64,000 nt of DNA from an uncultured Nitrospiraceae bacterium (GTDB lineage Bacteria > Hydrogenedentota > Hydrogenedentia > Hydrogenedentales > SLHB01). The DNA lies in assembly GCA_964632865.1 (NCBI GenBank), contig CAZWDH010000002.1, positions 3,960-67,959 of the forward strand, written 5' to 3'. The position numbers were made by a program, and so were the translations under genes. Positions 25,877 to 35,415 of the stretch are shown in pieces; within the stretch, counting starts at the first letter, position 1; each line of letters opens with the position of its first letter. The notes below the pieces were generated by a model that saw only the letters and a list, made by a program, of their open reading frames with translations, made no database searches and had not been told where the DNA came from.

Positions 25877-28810
25877 ATGATTCCGGCGAGCGAACGGACC
25901 AAGGGCAGATCCGAAGTGTATTTGCGCAGTTTGATTGCTTTGGGCATTGTCAGTTGTTTTTGCGCCTCCTTGGGGGCTGCTGAACAATATTCCTTCCGCG
26001 TCTATCGGTCCCCCCTTTCCGTGGCCGATGACCGCATCACGGACCTCCACGAAGACTCCGGCACGCTTTGGGTTGCGGTTTGGGGCAAAGGCGTCTGTCG
26101 TATCGATGGCACCGAATCGCGGACGTTCACCTCGGCAAACGGACTCCCAAGCGATTGGGTTCGTTGTTTTGCACCCGACGCGGATGGTGGTCTTTGGGTA
26201 GGCGGCGCCGACGGTCTCGCGTACATCTTCGGCGATACAATCCGCGCGTATACGACGCTCACGACACCGGCATTGCCGTCGAACTCGATCCGATGTTCTG
26301 CCGTGCTCCGGTCCGGGGTGATCTGTTTCGGCCTGGCGTCCGGGGGGGTGATGGCTCTCGGCGACCATCCGCTAGGTCTACCCGGTCACACCGGCGCTCC
26401 CGATGAATGGGTTTTCGTCGGCTACCCCGAGATCCCTTCACCGGAAGGCGTCGATGACGTGATGCAGGCCATGGATGGAAGCATCTGGCTTGCCATGCAC
26501 GACGGCAGCGTATTTCAATTCAACGAGGGTGTGTGGCGCGAACACGGCCCGGATCAGGGACTCACGGCTACGGTCAATTCCCTCTACCAGGATAGCGCCG
26601 GGCGAATCTGGGGTGCCGGCGGCGAAGTCCTGGCGCTGCACTCGGCCAACCGTTGGGAAATCATCGACGCCATTGCTTCGCCCGTTCGCGTCGTTACGGA
26701 GTCGGAATCCGGCGATATTCTCGTTGGTGCGGACCGCGGCGTATGGGTGCTTGACGCGGCTGGCTGGCGCAAATTGGACATGGGGCCGGACATCGGGGAT
26801 CCCGAGGTTTCAGCGCTGCTTTGTGGGAATACGGGCACTCCCTGGGTCGGAACCCGCGAGGGCCTCGTGCGAGGAACGGTGCCGATCTGGGCGACACACG
26901 CGCGGACCGGGGACGGGATACCCATTCGGTCTACCCCATTGTATGCAGATTTGGATGTTCCCCCGCTCAGCGCCGACAGCGAGGGAAACCTGATTCGATT
27001 CGAGGATGGCCAATGGACGGCCACCGCTCAGGTGCAACACGAACGCTTCCGTCCCAAGTGGTTCTCCACCCCTCGCGAGGGTCTGATTTGGGCGCTTTGC
27101 GACCTGGATGCCATCAGTTTTCGCGTAGATACGGGCGAAGTCGTTGAGGTTGCGCCAATCCCGCCGGGTACGCAGGCCATCCGGGTGGAATGGGGCCTTG
27201 ATGACAAACCCTGGCTCCTGGGCAGCAAGGGTGTCTTCATCCTCGACGGCGGCAAGTGGCAGCCCCTGCGGCGTCACGCCGACACCCGGGCGAGTTGGGC
27301 GTACGACATCGACATCGCGAACGATGGTACCGCCTACGTGTGCTATGAGTCGGGCATCAACATCTGGAAAGATGGGCAGGTCCGGCCTCTCCGCCCCTTC
27401 GCGCATTTGCCGCGGGGTGGACATTTCACGGCCGTTCGCTGCATGAGCGACGGCAAAGTCTGGTTTGGCACCTACGGCAACGGAATCGTCGTATACGATG
27501 GCAACGCGACGACCCACATCACCCGCAGCAACGGCTTGGTCAGCGATCACGTCTCCCAAATCTTCGAGGCGTCCGACGGGACCGTCTGGGTGGCGTACCG
27601 GCGCAAGGGTGTGTCGTCTTTCAAAGACGGGCGCTGGATCTACTTCGGACACCGCCATGGCCTTCCGAATGCATCAGGCGTGACCTTCGCCGAACATCCC
27701 GCCGGCACCATCTGGCTTGCTTCAGATTCCAGCGGGATTCTCCGCTATGCGCCCGAGCCGTCCGCCCCGGACACCACGGTGACGGCTGCGACGGAGACCA
27801 TCGCGGCAGGCGGAACGGGCGTTTTTTCTTTCAGCGGGACGGACGCTTGGCACCGCACGCGTCCCAACGACATCGCCTTTTCCTGGCGGGTCATAGCGCC
27901 GTCCGGCCCGGAGACTCCGTGGGGGCCGGTCCAGACATCGAGTGTGGCCGTCGTCTCCGGTCTTCCCGCGGGCGAGTATCAGTTAGAAGTCCGTGCAACG
28001 GATGAAGACCGGAATTTCGACGCCACCCCATCGGTCTTCAGCGTGATCGTCGAACCACCGTTCTATGCACGGATCGGATTCGTCATTCCCGTCAGCACCC
28101 TGATTGCACTCGTTCTCGCATCGTTGATTTCCCTTTATCTTAAGCAGCGCCGGCTTCAGGATTCCGAACGCAGCCTGCGCAAAAGCGAAGCCAGTCTGGG
28201 CGAGGCCCAGCGAATCGCCCTCGTCGGCAACTGGGAGTGGAACGTCACGCACAATACAATGGTGTGCAGCCCGCAGGTGTCGAGGATCTTGGGATGGCCG
28301 TCCGTTCGACGGACGCCGGCTGTTACCGACATTCGGGACACCATTCACCCCGAGGACCTAACCGCGCTGGATGACGCCGTTCGCGAGGCCCTGGCAACCG
28401 GCGCACCCCTTGATTTCGATCACCGAATCCTCCGGCCCGACGGAGATGAACGGTTCATTCATCAGCGCGGTGAATTGATGAAGGACAGTTTGACCGGCGA
28501 CGTCATCATACGTGGAATCTTGCAGGACATTACGGAGCGCAAACGGATCCAGACCGAGCGCGAACGGTTAATCGCGGAATTACGGGACGCGCTGGCGCAC
28601 ATCAAGACCTTGCGGGGACTCATCCCCATCTGCTCATCCTGCAAACGCATACGCGACGACAGCGGATATTGGAATCAGCTGGAAACCTTCATCAAAGCGC
28701 GTTCCGAGGCCGAGTTTTCCCACGCGATCTGTCCTGACTGTGCGAAACAGATCTACGGCATCGATTACCTTGCGGACGATCCCGGCACAGACGAAGGAAA
28801 GGACACCTAG
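25877..28810 (+). CDS. Membrane sensor with periplasmic beta-propeller repeats, Y_Y_Y domain, TM, PAS and a C-terminal CxxC...CxxC module (no kinase core)
   Basis: Signal/TM at the N-terminus. Repeated G.LW.G/W.AT-type two-component-regulator-propeller repeats. Y_Y_Y-like FSWRVIAPSG...GEYQLEVRATDEDRN. TM IGFVIPVSTLIALVLASLISLYL. PAS (NWEWNV...IHPEDL...FDHRILRPDGDERFIH...GILQDITERK). Then LIPICSSCKRIRDDSGYWNQLETFI...FSHAICPDCAKQIYG. Confidence 0.8.
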   Translation: MIPASERTKGRSEVYLRSLIALGIVSCFCASLGAAEQYSFRVYRSPLSVADDRITDLHEDSGTLWVAVWGKGVCRIDGTESRTFTSANGLPSDWVRCFAPDADGGLWVGGADGLAYIFGDTIRAYTTLTTPALPSNSIRCSAVLRSGVICFGLASGGVMALGDHPLGLPGHTGAPDEWVFVGYPEIPSPEGVDDVMQAMDGSIWLAMHDGSVFQFNEGVWREHGPDQGLTATVNSLYQDSAGRIWGAGGEVLALHSANRWEIIDAIASPVRVVTESESGDILVGADRGVWVLDAAGWRKLDMGPDIGDPEVSALLCGNTGTPWVGTREGLVRGTVPIWATHARTGDGIPIRSTPLYADLDVPPLSADSEGNLIRFEDGQWTATAQVQHERFRPKWFSTPREGLIWALCDLDAISFRVDTGEVVEVAPIPPGTQAIRVEWGLDDKPWLLGSKGVFILDGGKWQPLRRHADTRASWAYDIDIANDGTAYVCYESGINIWKDGQVRPLRPFAHLPRGGHFTAVRCMSDGKVWFGTYGNGIVVYDGNATTHITRSNGLVSDHVSQIFEASDGTVWVAYRRKGVSSFKDGRWIYFGHRHGLPNASGVTFAEHPAGTIWLASDSSGILRYAPEPSAPDTTVTAATETIAAGGTGVFSFSGTDAWHRTRPNDIAFSWRVIAPSGPETPWGPVQTSSVAVVSGLPAGEYQLEVRATDEDRNFDATPSVFSVIVEPPFYARIGFVIPVSTLIALVLASLISLYLKQRRLQDSERSLRKSEASLGEAQRIALVGNWEWNVTHNTMVCSPQVSRILGWPSVRRTPAVTDIRDTIHPEDLTALDDAVREALATGAPLDFDHRILRPDGDERFIHQRGELMKDSLTGDVIIRGILQDITERKRIQTERERLIAELRDALAHIKTLRGLIPICSSCKRIRDDSGYWNQLETFIKARSEAEFSHAICPDCAKQIYGIDYLADDPGTDEGKDT

Positions 28811-30174
28811 TCCTTCGACGCCTCCACAACAAGCGACACGTGCTGAGGTTCGACACCGAGATGTGTACTTGCCCCCGCGGGATTGTGCACCACAATTGTC
28901 CCCGTTACGTCGTGGATCTGCGCCGCGCCCGCATCGTTCCACGCGGCGATCGCGGGACGCGCCACCGCGTCGTAGACGTGGCAGTTTTCGAAATCAATGC
29001 CGCCCAGATTTTGCGTGATCTCCGGCCGCCGGAGATGGAGGAGCACCGGAACGCGTAGTCCGCCGTAGTCACGAAACGCCGAGACCCAGGGTCGGGTCCA
29101 ACTGCAGTTGGCGAAGCGGACCCGCGCGCCTTTGGCGGACTTGTCGAAGACTTTCGCGCCTTCCTTCCCGGTGCTTTCGGAGGTGCAGTTGATGAATTCG
29201 ATGCTGCCCTGCGGCCCGTTGTCGCCGACGGCGCCCACGCTCATGCCCGACCAGCCGCGCTGGTTCATGTCCGTGAAATTATCCAGCGTCATGCCCGGGA
29301 TTCCCATGCGCGAGTGGCAGTTCTCGAACCGGATGGATACGGGTTCGCTCTCGCTCGTGAGCGGTTTGAGGTACACGAGGATCTGATGGCCGCTGTTGTT
29401 CTCGAACACGCAGTTGCGGATGACGCAGTTCACGAGCCGCTCGTCCGCACTATCCGGTTCCAGATCGATCCCGGCTTCCGGCGGGGTGCCGCTCGTGCCG
29501 GAGAAGAGGCAGTTTTCGACGAGCAGGTTCTGTGCGCTGATGACGCTTAGCCCTTGCCGGTGGTTGTCATGGCTGACACAGTCGCGGATCGTGATATCTT
29601 CACTCCAGCGGTTCTTGCCGCTGGAACCCACGTAGAATCCGTCGCCACCCGAACTTTCGACCCGCAGGCCCTCGATCGCGACGCGCTTGCACCCCACGAT
29701 GGCGACGCCCATCCGCCATTCCGCGCGTTCGTACGTTTCGCTCTGATAGTCCGCCTTGCGCATGCGCAACGTAGCGCCGTAGCCGCGAATCGTGATGTCT
29801 GTCATGTCCGTTGCGCGAAACAACGAGTCGCCGCGCCCGTGGAATTCGTCCTTCTTCGCAAGGACGAGAACGCCCGGTTCGAAGATCAGTTCCAGGTTGC
29901 TGCGCAGGGCAATGGGCCGGACGATCCACGGTTGGCCCATGTACGGAATCGTCACCGTTGCCGCGCCCGAATCGATTGCGGACTGAATGGCCTCGGTCGA
30001 GTCCTCGGGATGGAATCCCCACCAAGCCGCGTTGGCGTCGGTTCGCGAACCGGATGCGACCCCTGCGATCGCTTCGGGATTCGGTGCGTTCGCGACTGTT
30101 TCCGCGACACTCGGCAGGAAGGCCGCGAAACACAGCGTTGCGGCTATGAGAGAAAAAGACTTTCGCATGCACAT
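28807..30174 (-). CDS. Secreted right-handed parallel beta-helix protein (pectate-lyase-fold glycoside hydrolase/lyase-like)
   Basis: ATG at 30174 (MCMRKSFSLIAATLCFAAFLPSVA signal peptide). Repeated I.IRGY/V.I.G..V/ITIRDC/LLVENC/CVIRNC/FENC beta-helix rungs. The upstream part of the 607-aa ORF is Arg-rich and unlikely to be translated. Confidence 0.65.
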   Translation of the reverse strand: MCMRKSFSLIAATLCFAAFLPSVAETVANAPNPEAIAGVASGSRTDANAAWWGFHPEDSTEAIQSAIDSGAATVTIPYMGQPWIVRPIALRSNLELIFEPGVLVLAKKDEFHGRGDSLFRATDMTDITIRGYGATLRMRKADYQSETYERAEWRMGVAIVGCKRVAIEGLRVESSGGDGFYVGSSGKNRWSEDITIRDCVSHDNHRQGLSVISAQNLLVENCLFSGTSGTPPEAGIDLEPDSADERLVNCVIRNCVFENNSGHQILVYLKPLTSESEPVSIRFENCHSRMGIPGMTLDNFTDMNQRGWSGMSVGAVGDNGPQGSIEFINCTSESTGKEGAKVFDKSAKGARVRFANCSWTRPWVSAFRDYGGLRVPVLLHLRRPEITQNLGGIDFENCHVYDAVARPAIAAWNDAGAAQIHDVTGTIVVHNPAGASTHLGVEPQHVSLVVEASKD

Positions 30175-30260
30175 CGCATTTCTCCGCTGGATGATCTTGT
30201 GATGGAAAACCCAGTATGGGCGAACCGCGACGCGCGTGCAATTCCGAATGTCGGGCGCCG

Positions 30261-32162
30261 CTACTCGAGCACGTATGCCGTGCAGAACTCCCGCAATTGC
30301 GGTATGTCGAAGTGTTCCAGAATTCCGAAGGTGAACAGTGCCGGTTTGTCGTCGTATCGAATTCCCTGGTCCAGGCATTCCTTCAGCGATTCGAGGCCGC
30401 CGGAGGTGCGAGCTTCGAGGACCGCTTCTCCCATGATACCGCCTGCGATCAGCGCAACCACGCTCGCGTTGGCTCCGACCGCACGGATATGCAACGGCAC
30501 GTCGCCATAGGCGTTGGAGGCCGCTTCGATGACCGCAGTCAATTGCTTGACCTGCTCGCCCAGGAGCCGTTCGCCGGTGGCGTCTATCATCATCGCGGAC
30601 TGGGACCGCCGGCCTCCGCCCGGGGCGCATTCACCGAAGTACAGCAGGTCTACCGCGATCGCACGCTGTCCGGCGGTCACTAACGAAATTGCCGTTTCGC
30701 TCGTGGAGGTTTTGCCTTCGTCCGCAATGAGAATAGTTGTGGCCGTCGCGGCGGGGTCATCAGTTTCGAATAGGGCGAAGGGTACCGTCCAATCCTGCAA
30801 GGTCAATCGTCCTCGTACGCGAGATACCCCTTCGCTGATTGCCTCGTCTCCCGGCTCCACGGTCCCCAACGTGGGTTTCCACCGAACGGTTTCGGTAAGA
30901 AGGCGACGCGTGTCCGCCTGCTCCTGGGACAAGGGCGCCGGGAGTTTCTCCATCGTCTTTCGGGCAAGCGAGTGAAATGTCTCGTTTCCATCGGGCACGC
31001 CGGCGGCGAGTTCTTGGAGTGTGCGCACCTCGCCCTCGTACGATGGTTCCTCGTCCGGCCAGTCGAGGCCCCACTGCTCGCTCAGGAACCGGTACAAGGC
31101 GAGCCGATTGTCGAGATCATAGTTGTGCGTGCCCGGGTCGACGTTTTCGTGGCGCTGGAAACGATCGCCTGCGTCATACAAGGCATAGAATGGCGCGATA
31201 GGTTCGTACACGTTCGGCCAGACCCGGTCTGATTGAAAGCAGCAATCGTCCTTGATGTTGTAGATCAACAAGGCAGGCCGGGGCGCGAGCATGGCAGTCA
31301 GGTGGGTGTAGTCCGCAACCTTCAGGAGATCAACGGGGATTTGCTCCAAGTCGCCGATGTCCTGACTGTGATCGGCCCGGACCGCAAGCCCGACGTAGCC
31401 CGCGTTCGGTGCGGTTGCGCAGATACGCGTATCCAACGAACTCAGGATAATCGTCTGCCAACCGCCGCCCGAAAGTCCCGTCATGGCGATCCGTTCTGAA
31501 TCGACCGATGGATGCTCCAACAGTACGTCCAGTCCCCGTTTCATGGCCTGGTAGAAGATGGAAAGTCCGCTCACGCCGCATTGGTTCAGGTAGGCCGAAT
31601 CGTTGTGGCGAAATCCCGGATCGGCGAGTTCGCCGAAGAACAACCACTCCGGATGCAGCGCGACCACGCCGCGTTTCGCGAGCGTGATGCATCGCGCCTG
31701 GATAAACTCCACGCTCTTCCCGGGATCACCCACATGACCGTTCACACTAAGCAGGGCCGGTGTCTTCTCAGCAAGGTTCTCCGGCTCGTAGAGCATCGCG
31801 GGAATCCACATGCCCGGCACGGCCTGGTAACGGAGCTTGCGAATGCGATACCCCTTGCCCGTTTCGATGGTGTTCGTCCACTCGACCTGTACCGGCCCCT
31901 CATACCACGCCTTTGGCACGCCGCGGTAGACGATGTCCGCCAACATGCGCTCGCGCAAGGCCGCCTGGGTATTGTCCCATTCGTCGGCGCTCGCGGGGAC
32001 CTGGATGGACGGCACCCGATTGACCACGAAGTCGCGGATCTCCTGATCGGTCGTGCCGCTTTCCAATACGGGTGTTTGCAGCCAGTCGGTAATTAGCCCT
32101 CGGGCTGAATCCGACAAGGGCGCGCCCGACGTAACGAGAATAAACATGAGCGATGTCAGCAT
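30261..32162 (-). CDS. Secreted alpha/beta hydrolase (acetyl-xylan-esterase / dienelactone-hydrolase-like) plus a second, nucleophile-less alpha/beta-like domain
   Basis: ATG at 32162 (MLTSLMFILVTSGAPL...). GxSxG elbow in MTGLSGGGWQT. The C-terminal ~230 aa resemble a second hydrolase fold without GxSxG. Same architecture as ORF 45668-47758. Confidence 0.65.
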   Translation of the reverse strand: MLTSLMFILVTSGAPLSDSARGLITDWLQTPVLESGTTDQEIRDFVVNRVPSIQVPASADEWDNTQAALRERMLADIVYRGVPKAWYEGPVQVEWTNTIETGKGYRIRKLRYQAVPGMWIPAMLYEPENLAEKTPALLSVNGHVGDPGKSVEFIQARCITLAKRGVVALHPEWLFFGELADPGFRHNDSAYLNQCGVSGLSIFYQAMKRGLDVLLEHPSVDSERIAMTGLSGGGWQTIILSSLDTRICATAPNAGYVGLAVRADHSQDIGDLEQIPVDLLKVADYTHLTAMLAPRPALLIYNIKDDCCFQSDRVWPNVYEPIAPFYALYDAGDRFQRHENVDPGTHNYDLDNRLALYRFLSEQWGLDWPDEEPSYEGEVRTLQELAAGVPDGNETFHSLARKTMEKLPAPLSQEQADTRRLLTETVRWKPTLGTVEPGDEAISEGVSRVRGRLTLQDWTVPFALFETDDPAATATTILIADEGKTSTSETAISLVTAGQRAIAVDLLYFGECAPGGGRRSQSAMMIDATGERLLGEQVKQLTAVIEAASNAYGDVPLHIRAVGANASVVALIAGGIMGEAVLEARTSGGLESLKECLDQGIRYDDKPALFTFGILEHFDIPQLREFCTAYVLE

Positions 32163-32287
32163 GTTGTGTCGTCTCCCTGTCAGCAAGGCCATTACTATAG
32201 CGGAATCCGGTTTGAGGCGTAAGAGTCTTTTCGTGTGCGCGTTTTGTGGTACCATAATCTCCGCTCAAGGTAGGGAGTAATCGCAGC

Positions 32288-35230
32288 ATGATTCGATCCT
32301 GGCGAATCGGCGCGCTCGCCGGACTTGCGATAGGTGGTGCGCTGGCCTCGTTTGCTGAACCAGCGGCCCCCAACGACATCGCGGACGCGCTTGTTGACGG
32401 GCTTCGTGCAACGGAGCGCGATCCGGCCGCGGCCAAGGCGCTTGAATCGTTCCTCAGTGGGGCGGAGGCTTCCGCCGAGTCCCACGGCGCAACGTTGTTC
32501 CGAGAGAATGTCCAACCCGTTTTCGCCGAACACTGCTATTCCTGCCACGGCCCCGACAAGCAGAAGGGCGGACTGCGTCTGGACGTCCCGACCGCCATCG
32601 AGTTAGGCGGAGCGCATGGCACGGTCATCGAACCCGGCGATCCGGGGAACAGCCGGCTTGTCGAAGCGATACGATATGCAAACCCCGATTTGCAGATGCC
32701 GCCCAAAGCGCCGCTGCCGCCAGATGCCGTCGCGGCCATCGAACATTGGATTGCTTCGGGCGCACCGTGGCCAGGTGCCGAAGACGCGTTGGCGGCCGCG
32801 GAAGCGCGCATGCGCGAAGAGGTCGCCACCGCAGAGAAGTTCTGGGCTTTTCGCCCGGTGGTAAGACCGGAGATCCCGGACGCCTCGAAGGCAGAGTGGA
32901 TTTCCAACCCGATCGACGCCTTCATTCTTGCGCGTTTGAGCGAAACAGCTCTCGCTCCGTCGGACCAAGCCGACCGCCGAACCTTGATTCGGCGCGTATA
33001 TCTGGACGTACTCGGACTTCCACCCACGCCCGAAGAAGTTGATGCCTTTGTTGCCGACCCGGATCCTGGAGCGTATGAGCACCTCGTGGATCGGGTGCTC
33101 GCTTCACCCCATTACGGCGAACGCTGGGCGCGGCACTGGCTGGACGTGGTGCGGTTTGCGGAGACGACCGGTTTTGAAACCAACTTGCCGCGCCCTAACG
33201 CGTGGCACTATCGCGACTACGTCATCGAGGCGCTCAACGCGGATAAGCCCTACACCGAATTCATTCGCGAGCAAATCGTGGGCGATGCCTTGGGTGCGAC
33301 TCGGGCGACGGGGTTCCTCGTGGGAGGTCCAGATGACAAAGTGAAGAGTCCTGATATTGTGCTCACCAAGAATCAGCGCGACGGCGAACTACACGACATG
33401 GTCTCAACTATCGGCGGCGCGTTTCTCGGTCTGACCGTCGGCTGCGCGAAATGCCACGACCACAAGTTCGATCCCATCTCCCAGCGCGACTACTACCGCA
33501 TGCGGGCCATGATTGCCGGCGTGAAGCACGGCGAGCAGGAACTGCCGGACCCGAATCGCGAGAAGCGGCTGGCCAAGGCGGACAACGCCCGGACGAAACT
33601 GCGCGCTATCGAGTCGAAGTTGCTTCAATTCGTTCCAATGGCCCGCGTCAACGCCGGCGAACCGGGGCGGCCGGCGGTTTCGCCACTGGGCAATGTCGAG
33701 CGTTTTGAACCGGTCGAAGCGCGTTTCGTTCGATTCACCGTTCTCGGCACGTCCGATGCCGAACCCTGTATCGACGAGTTGGAGGTTTATTCCGCGGGCG
33801 AGGAACCTCTTAACGTGGCCTTGGCGAGCGGCGGCGCGATTGCGACTGCTTCCAGCGAATTTACCAACAACACCAAGCACAAAACCATCCATCTCAACGA
33901 CGGCAAGTACGGCAACGATTTCAGTTGGATCCCGAAGGAACGCCAGGATGCCTGGGCGCAGATCGAATTTCCCGAAGTAACGCTTATTGACCGCGTTCAG
34001 TGGGCGCGCGATCGCGAAGGTTCGTTCAAAGACCGCTTGGCTGTCGCTTACCGCATCGAAGTCGCGATCGAACCCGGCCAATGGCGAATCGTTGCCACGT
34101 CCGAGGACCGCGCGACGTACAAGCCCGGTGCGGATGCAGACCCCCCCTATTCTGCAAGCAGTCCGGAGGACGCCGCGAAACTGGAATCGTTGCTCGCGGA
34201 GAAGGAGCAACTGCGTAAACGCGTCAAACGTTTGACCGCGGCTCCGATGGTATACGCGGGGCAGTTTGAAGAGCCTGGCCCCACGCGCATTCTCCAACGG
34301 GGCGACCCCATGAACGAGGGCGAGCCTGTAGTTCCAGGCACTCCCAAGTTGGTCGGAGCGTACTGCGACTTACCCGCGGATTTGCCCGAGCAGGAACGGC
34401 GCCGTGTCTTGGCGGATTGGATCGCGAGCCCTGATAACCCCTTTACCGCGCGGGTCATCGTCAATCGCATCTGGCAGCACCATTTTGGCCGCGGCATTGT
34501 GGACACCCCCAGCGACTTCGGAGCCATGGGCGCTCGGCCCACACATCCGGAGTTGCTCGATTGGCTTTCGTCGGAATTGATCGCGCAGGATTGGCGGTTG
34601 AAGTCCATCCATCGCATGATTCTGTTGTCGAGTACGTACCGTCAATCCGCGGTCCCGAGACCGGACGCTCTCGCCGTGGACGCCGGTACGCGGTACCTGT
34701 GGCGCTTTCCGCCGCGCCGCCTCGAAGCGGAGCCGTTGCGCGATTCGATTCTTGCGGTCAGCGGCGCGCTGAACCTGGCTATGGGCGGGCCCGGATTCGA
34801 CGTCTTCGAACCGGACGACAGCTACGTGCACATCTACGTGCCGAAAGAAGAATTCGCTCCCGGCGATCTGCGGCGCATGATCTATCAGTGGAAGCCGCGC
34901 GTCGAGCAAGACATCACTTTCGGCGTCTTTGACTGTCCCGACGCCACGCAAGCCACGCCCAAGCGCGTCAGCAGCACGTCGCCGCTCCAGGCCTTGAGCC
35001 TGTTGAACAGTCCGTTTATGAACGCGCAGGCAGAAGTATTCGCCGGGCGACTCAAGAACGAAGCGGGGGAGAACATCGAGGATCAGGTTCGCCGCTCGTT
35101 TCTGCTGGCCTTCGGCCGCGAACCAGATTCGGAGGAAGCGGCGGCATCGGCCCAGTTTATCCGAGACCATGGGTTGACCCTGTTTTGCCGCGCGTTGTAC
35201 AGCGCGAATGAGTTTCTCTACCTGAACTAG
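32288..35230 (+). CDS. PSCyt1-DUF1549 (PSCyt2)-discoidin-DUF1553 (PSD1) protein
   Basis: Signal peptide. Planctomycete cytochrome c motif CYSCHGPDKQKGGLRLD. DUF1549-like NPIDAFILARL...DRRTLIRRVYLDVLGLPPT. F5/8-type-C-like insert (...IDELEVYSAG...KYGNDFSWIP...AWAQIEF). DUF1553-like C-terminus (RVIVNRIWQHHFGRGIV..., LLNSPF, EFLYLN). Confidence 0.85.
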   Translation: MIRSWRIGALAGLAIGGALASFAEPAAPNDIADALVDGLRATERDPAAAKALESFLSGAEASAESHGATLFRENVQPVFAEHCYSCHGPDKQKGGLRLDVPTAIELGGAHGTVIEPGDPGNSRLVEAIRYANPDLQMPPKAPLPPDAVAAIEHWIASGAPWPGAEDALAAAEARMREEVATAEKFWAFRPVVRPEIPDASKAEWISNPIDAFILARLSETALAPSDQADRRTLIRRVYLDVLGLPPTPEEVDAFVADPDPGAYEHLVDRVLASPHYGERWARHWLDVVRFAETTGFETNLPRPNAWHYRDYVIEALNADKPYTEFIREQIVGDALGATRATGFLVGGPDDKVKSPDIVLTKNQRDGELHDMVSTIGGAFLGLTVGCAKCHDHKFDPISQRDYYRMRAMIAGVKHGEQELPDPNREKRLAKADNARTKLRAIESKLLQFVPMARVNAGEPGRPAVSPLGNVERFEPVEARFVRFTVLGTSDAEPCIDELEVYSAGEEPLNVALASGGAIATASSEFTNNTKHKTIHLNDGKYGNDFSWIPKERQDAWAQIEFPEVTLIDRVQWARDREGSFKDRLAVAYRIEVAIEPGQWRIVATSEDRATYKPGADADPPYSASSPEDAAKLESLLAEKEQLRKRVKRLTAAPMVYAGQFEEPGPTRILQRGDPMNEGEPVVPGTPKLVGAYCDLPADLPEQERRRVLADWIASPDNPFTARVIVNRIWQHHFGRGIVDTPSDFGAMGARPTHPELLDWLSSELIAQDWRLKSIHRMILLSSTYRQSAVPRPDALAVDAGTRYLWRFPPRRLEAEPLRDSILAVSGALNLAMGGPGFDVFEPDDSYVHIYVPKEEFAPGDLRRMIYQWKPRVEQDITFGVFDCPDATQATPKRVSSTSPLQALSLLNSPFMNAQAEVFAGRLKNEAGENIEDQVRRSFLLAFGREPDSEEAAASAQFIRDHGLTLFCRALYSANEFLYLN

Positions 35231-35415
35231 GAAATCGGCATGATTGATTTTGAAGAATTTAGCTTTCGGTCAACGAGATCATCGCGAGCCGGAAGTTTCA
35301 CGTTATGCTGGCTGGCCCACGACCTCTTGCATTTCCGGCAAATCTGCCGCGTGCAATGGCAGTACCTGGCGCAACACGCCGCGCCCCACTCGACATTGTA
35401 TGCCGGAGATCTCGT

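Noticed and set aside
28807-28810. The convergent sensor and beta-helix genes share overlapping stop codons (CTAG).
   Set aside because: This is a trivial consequence of the palindromic TAG/CTA. No functional implication can be supported.
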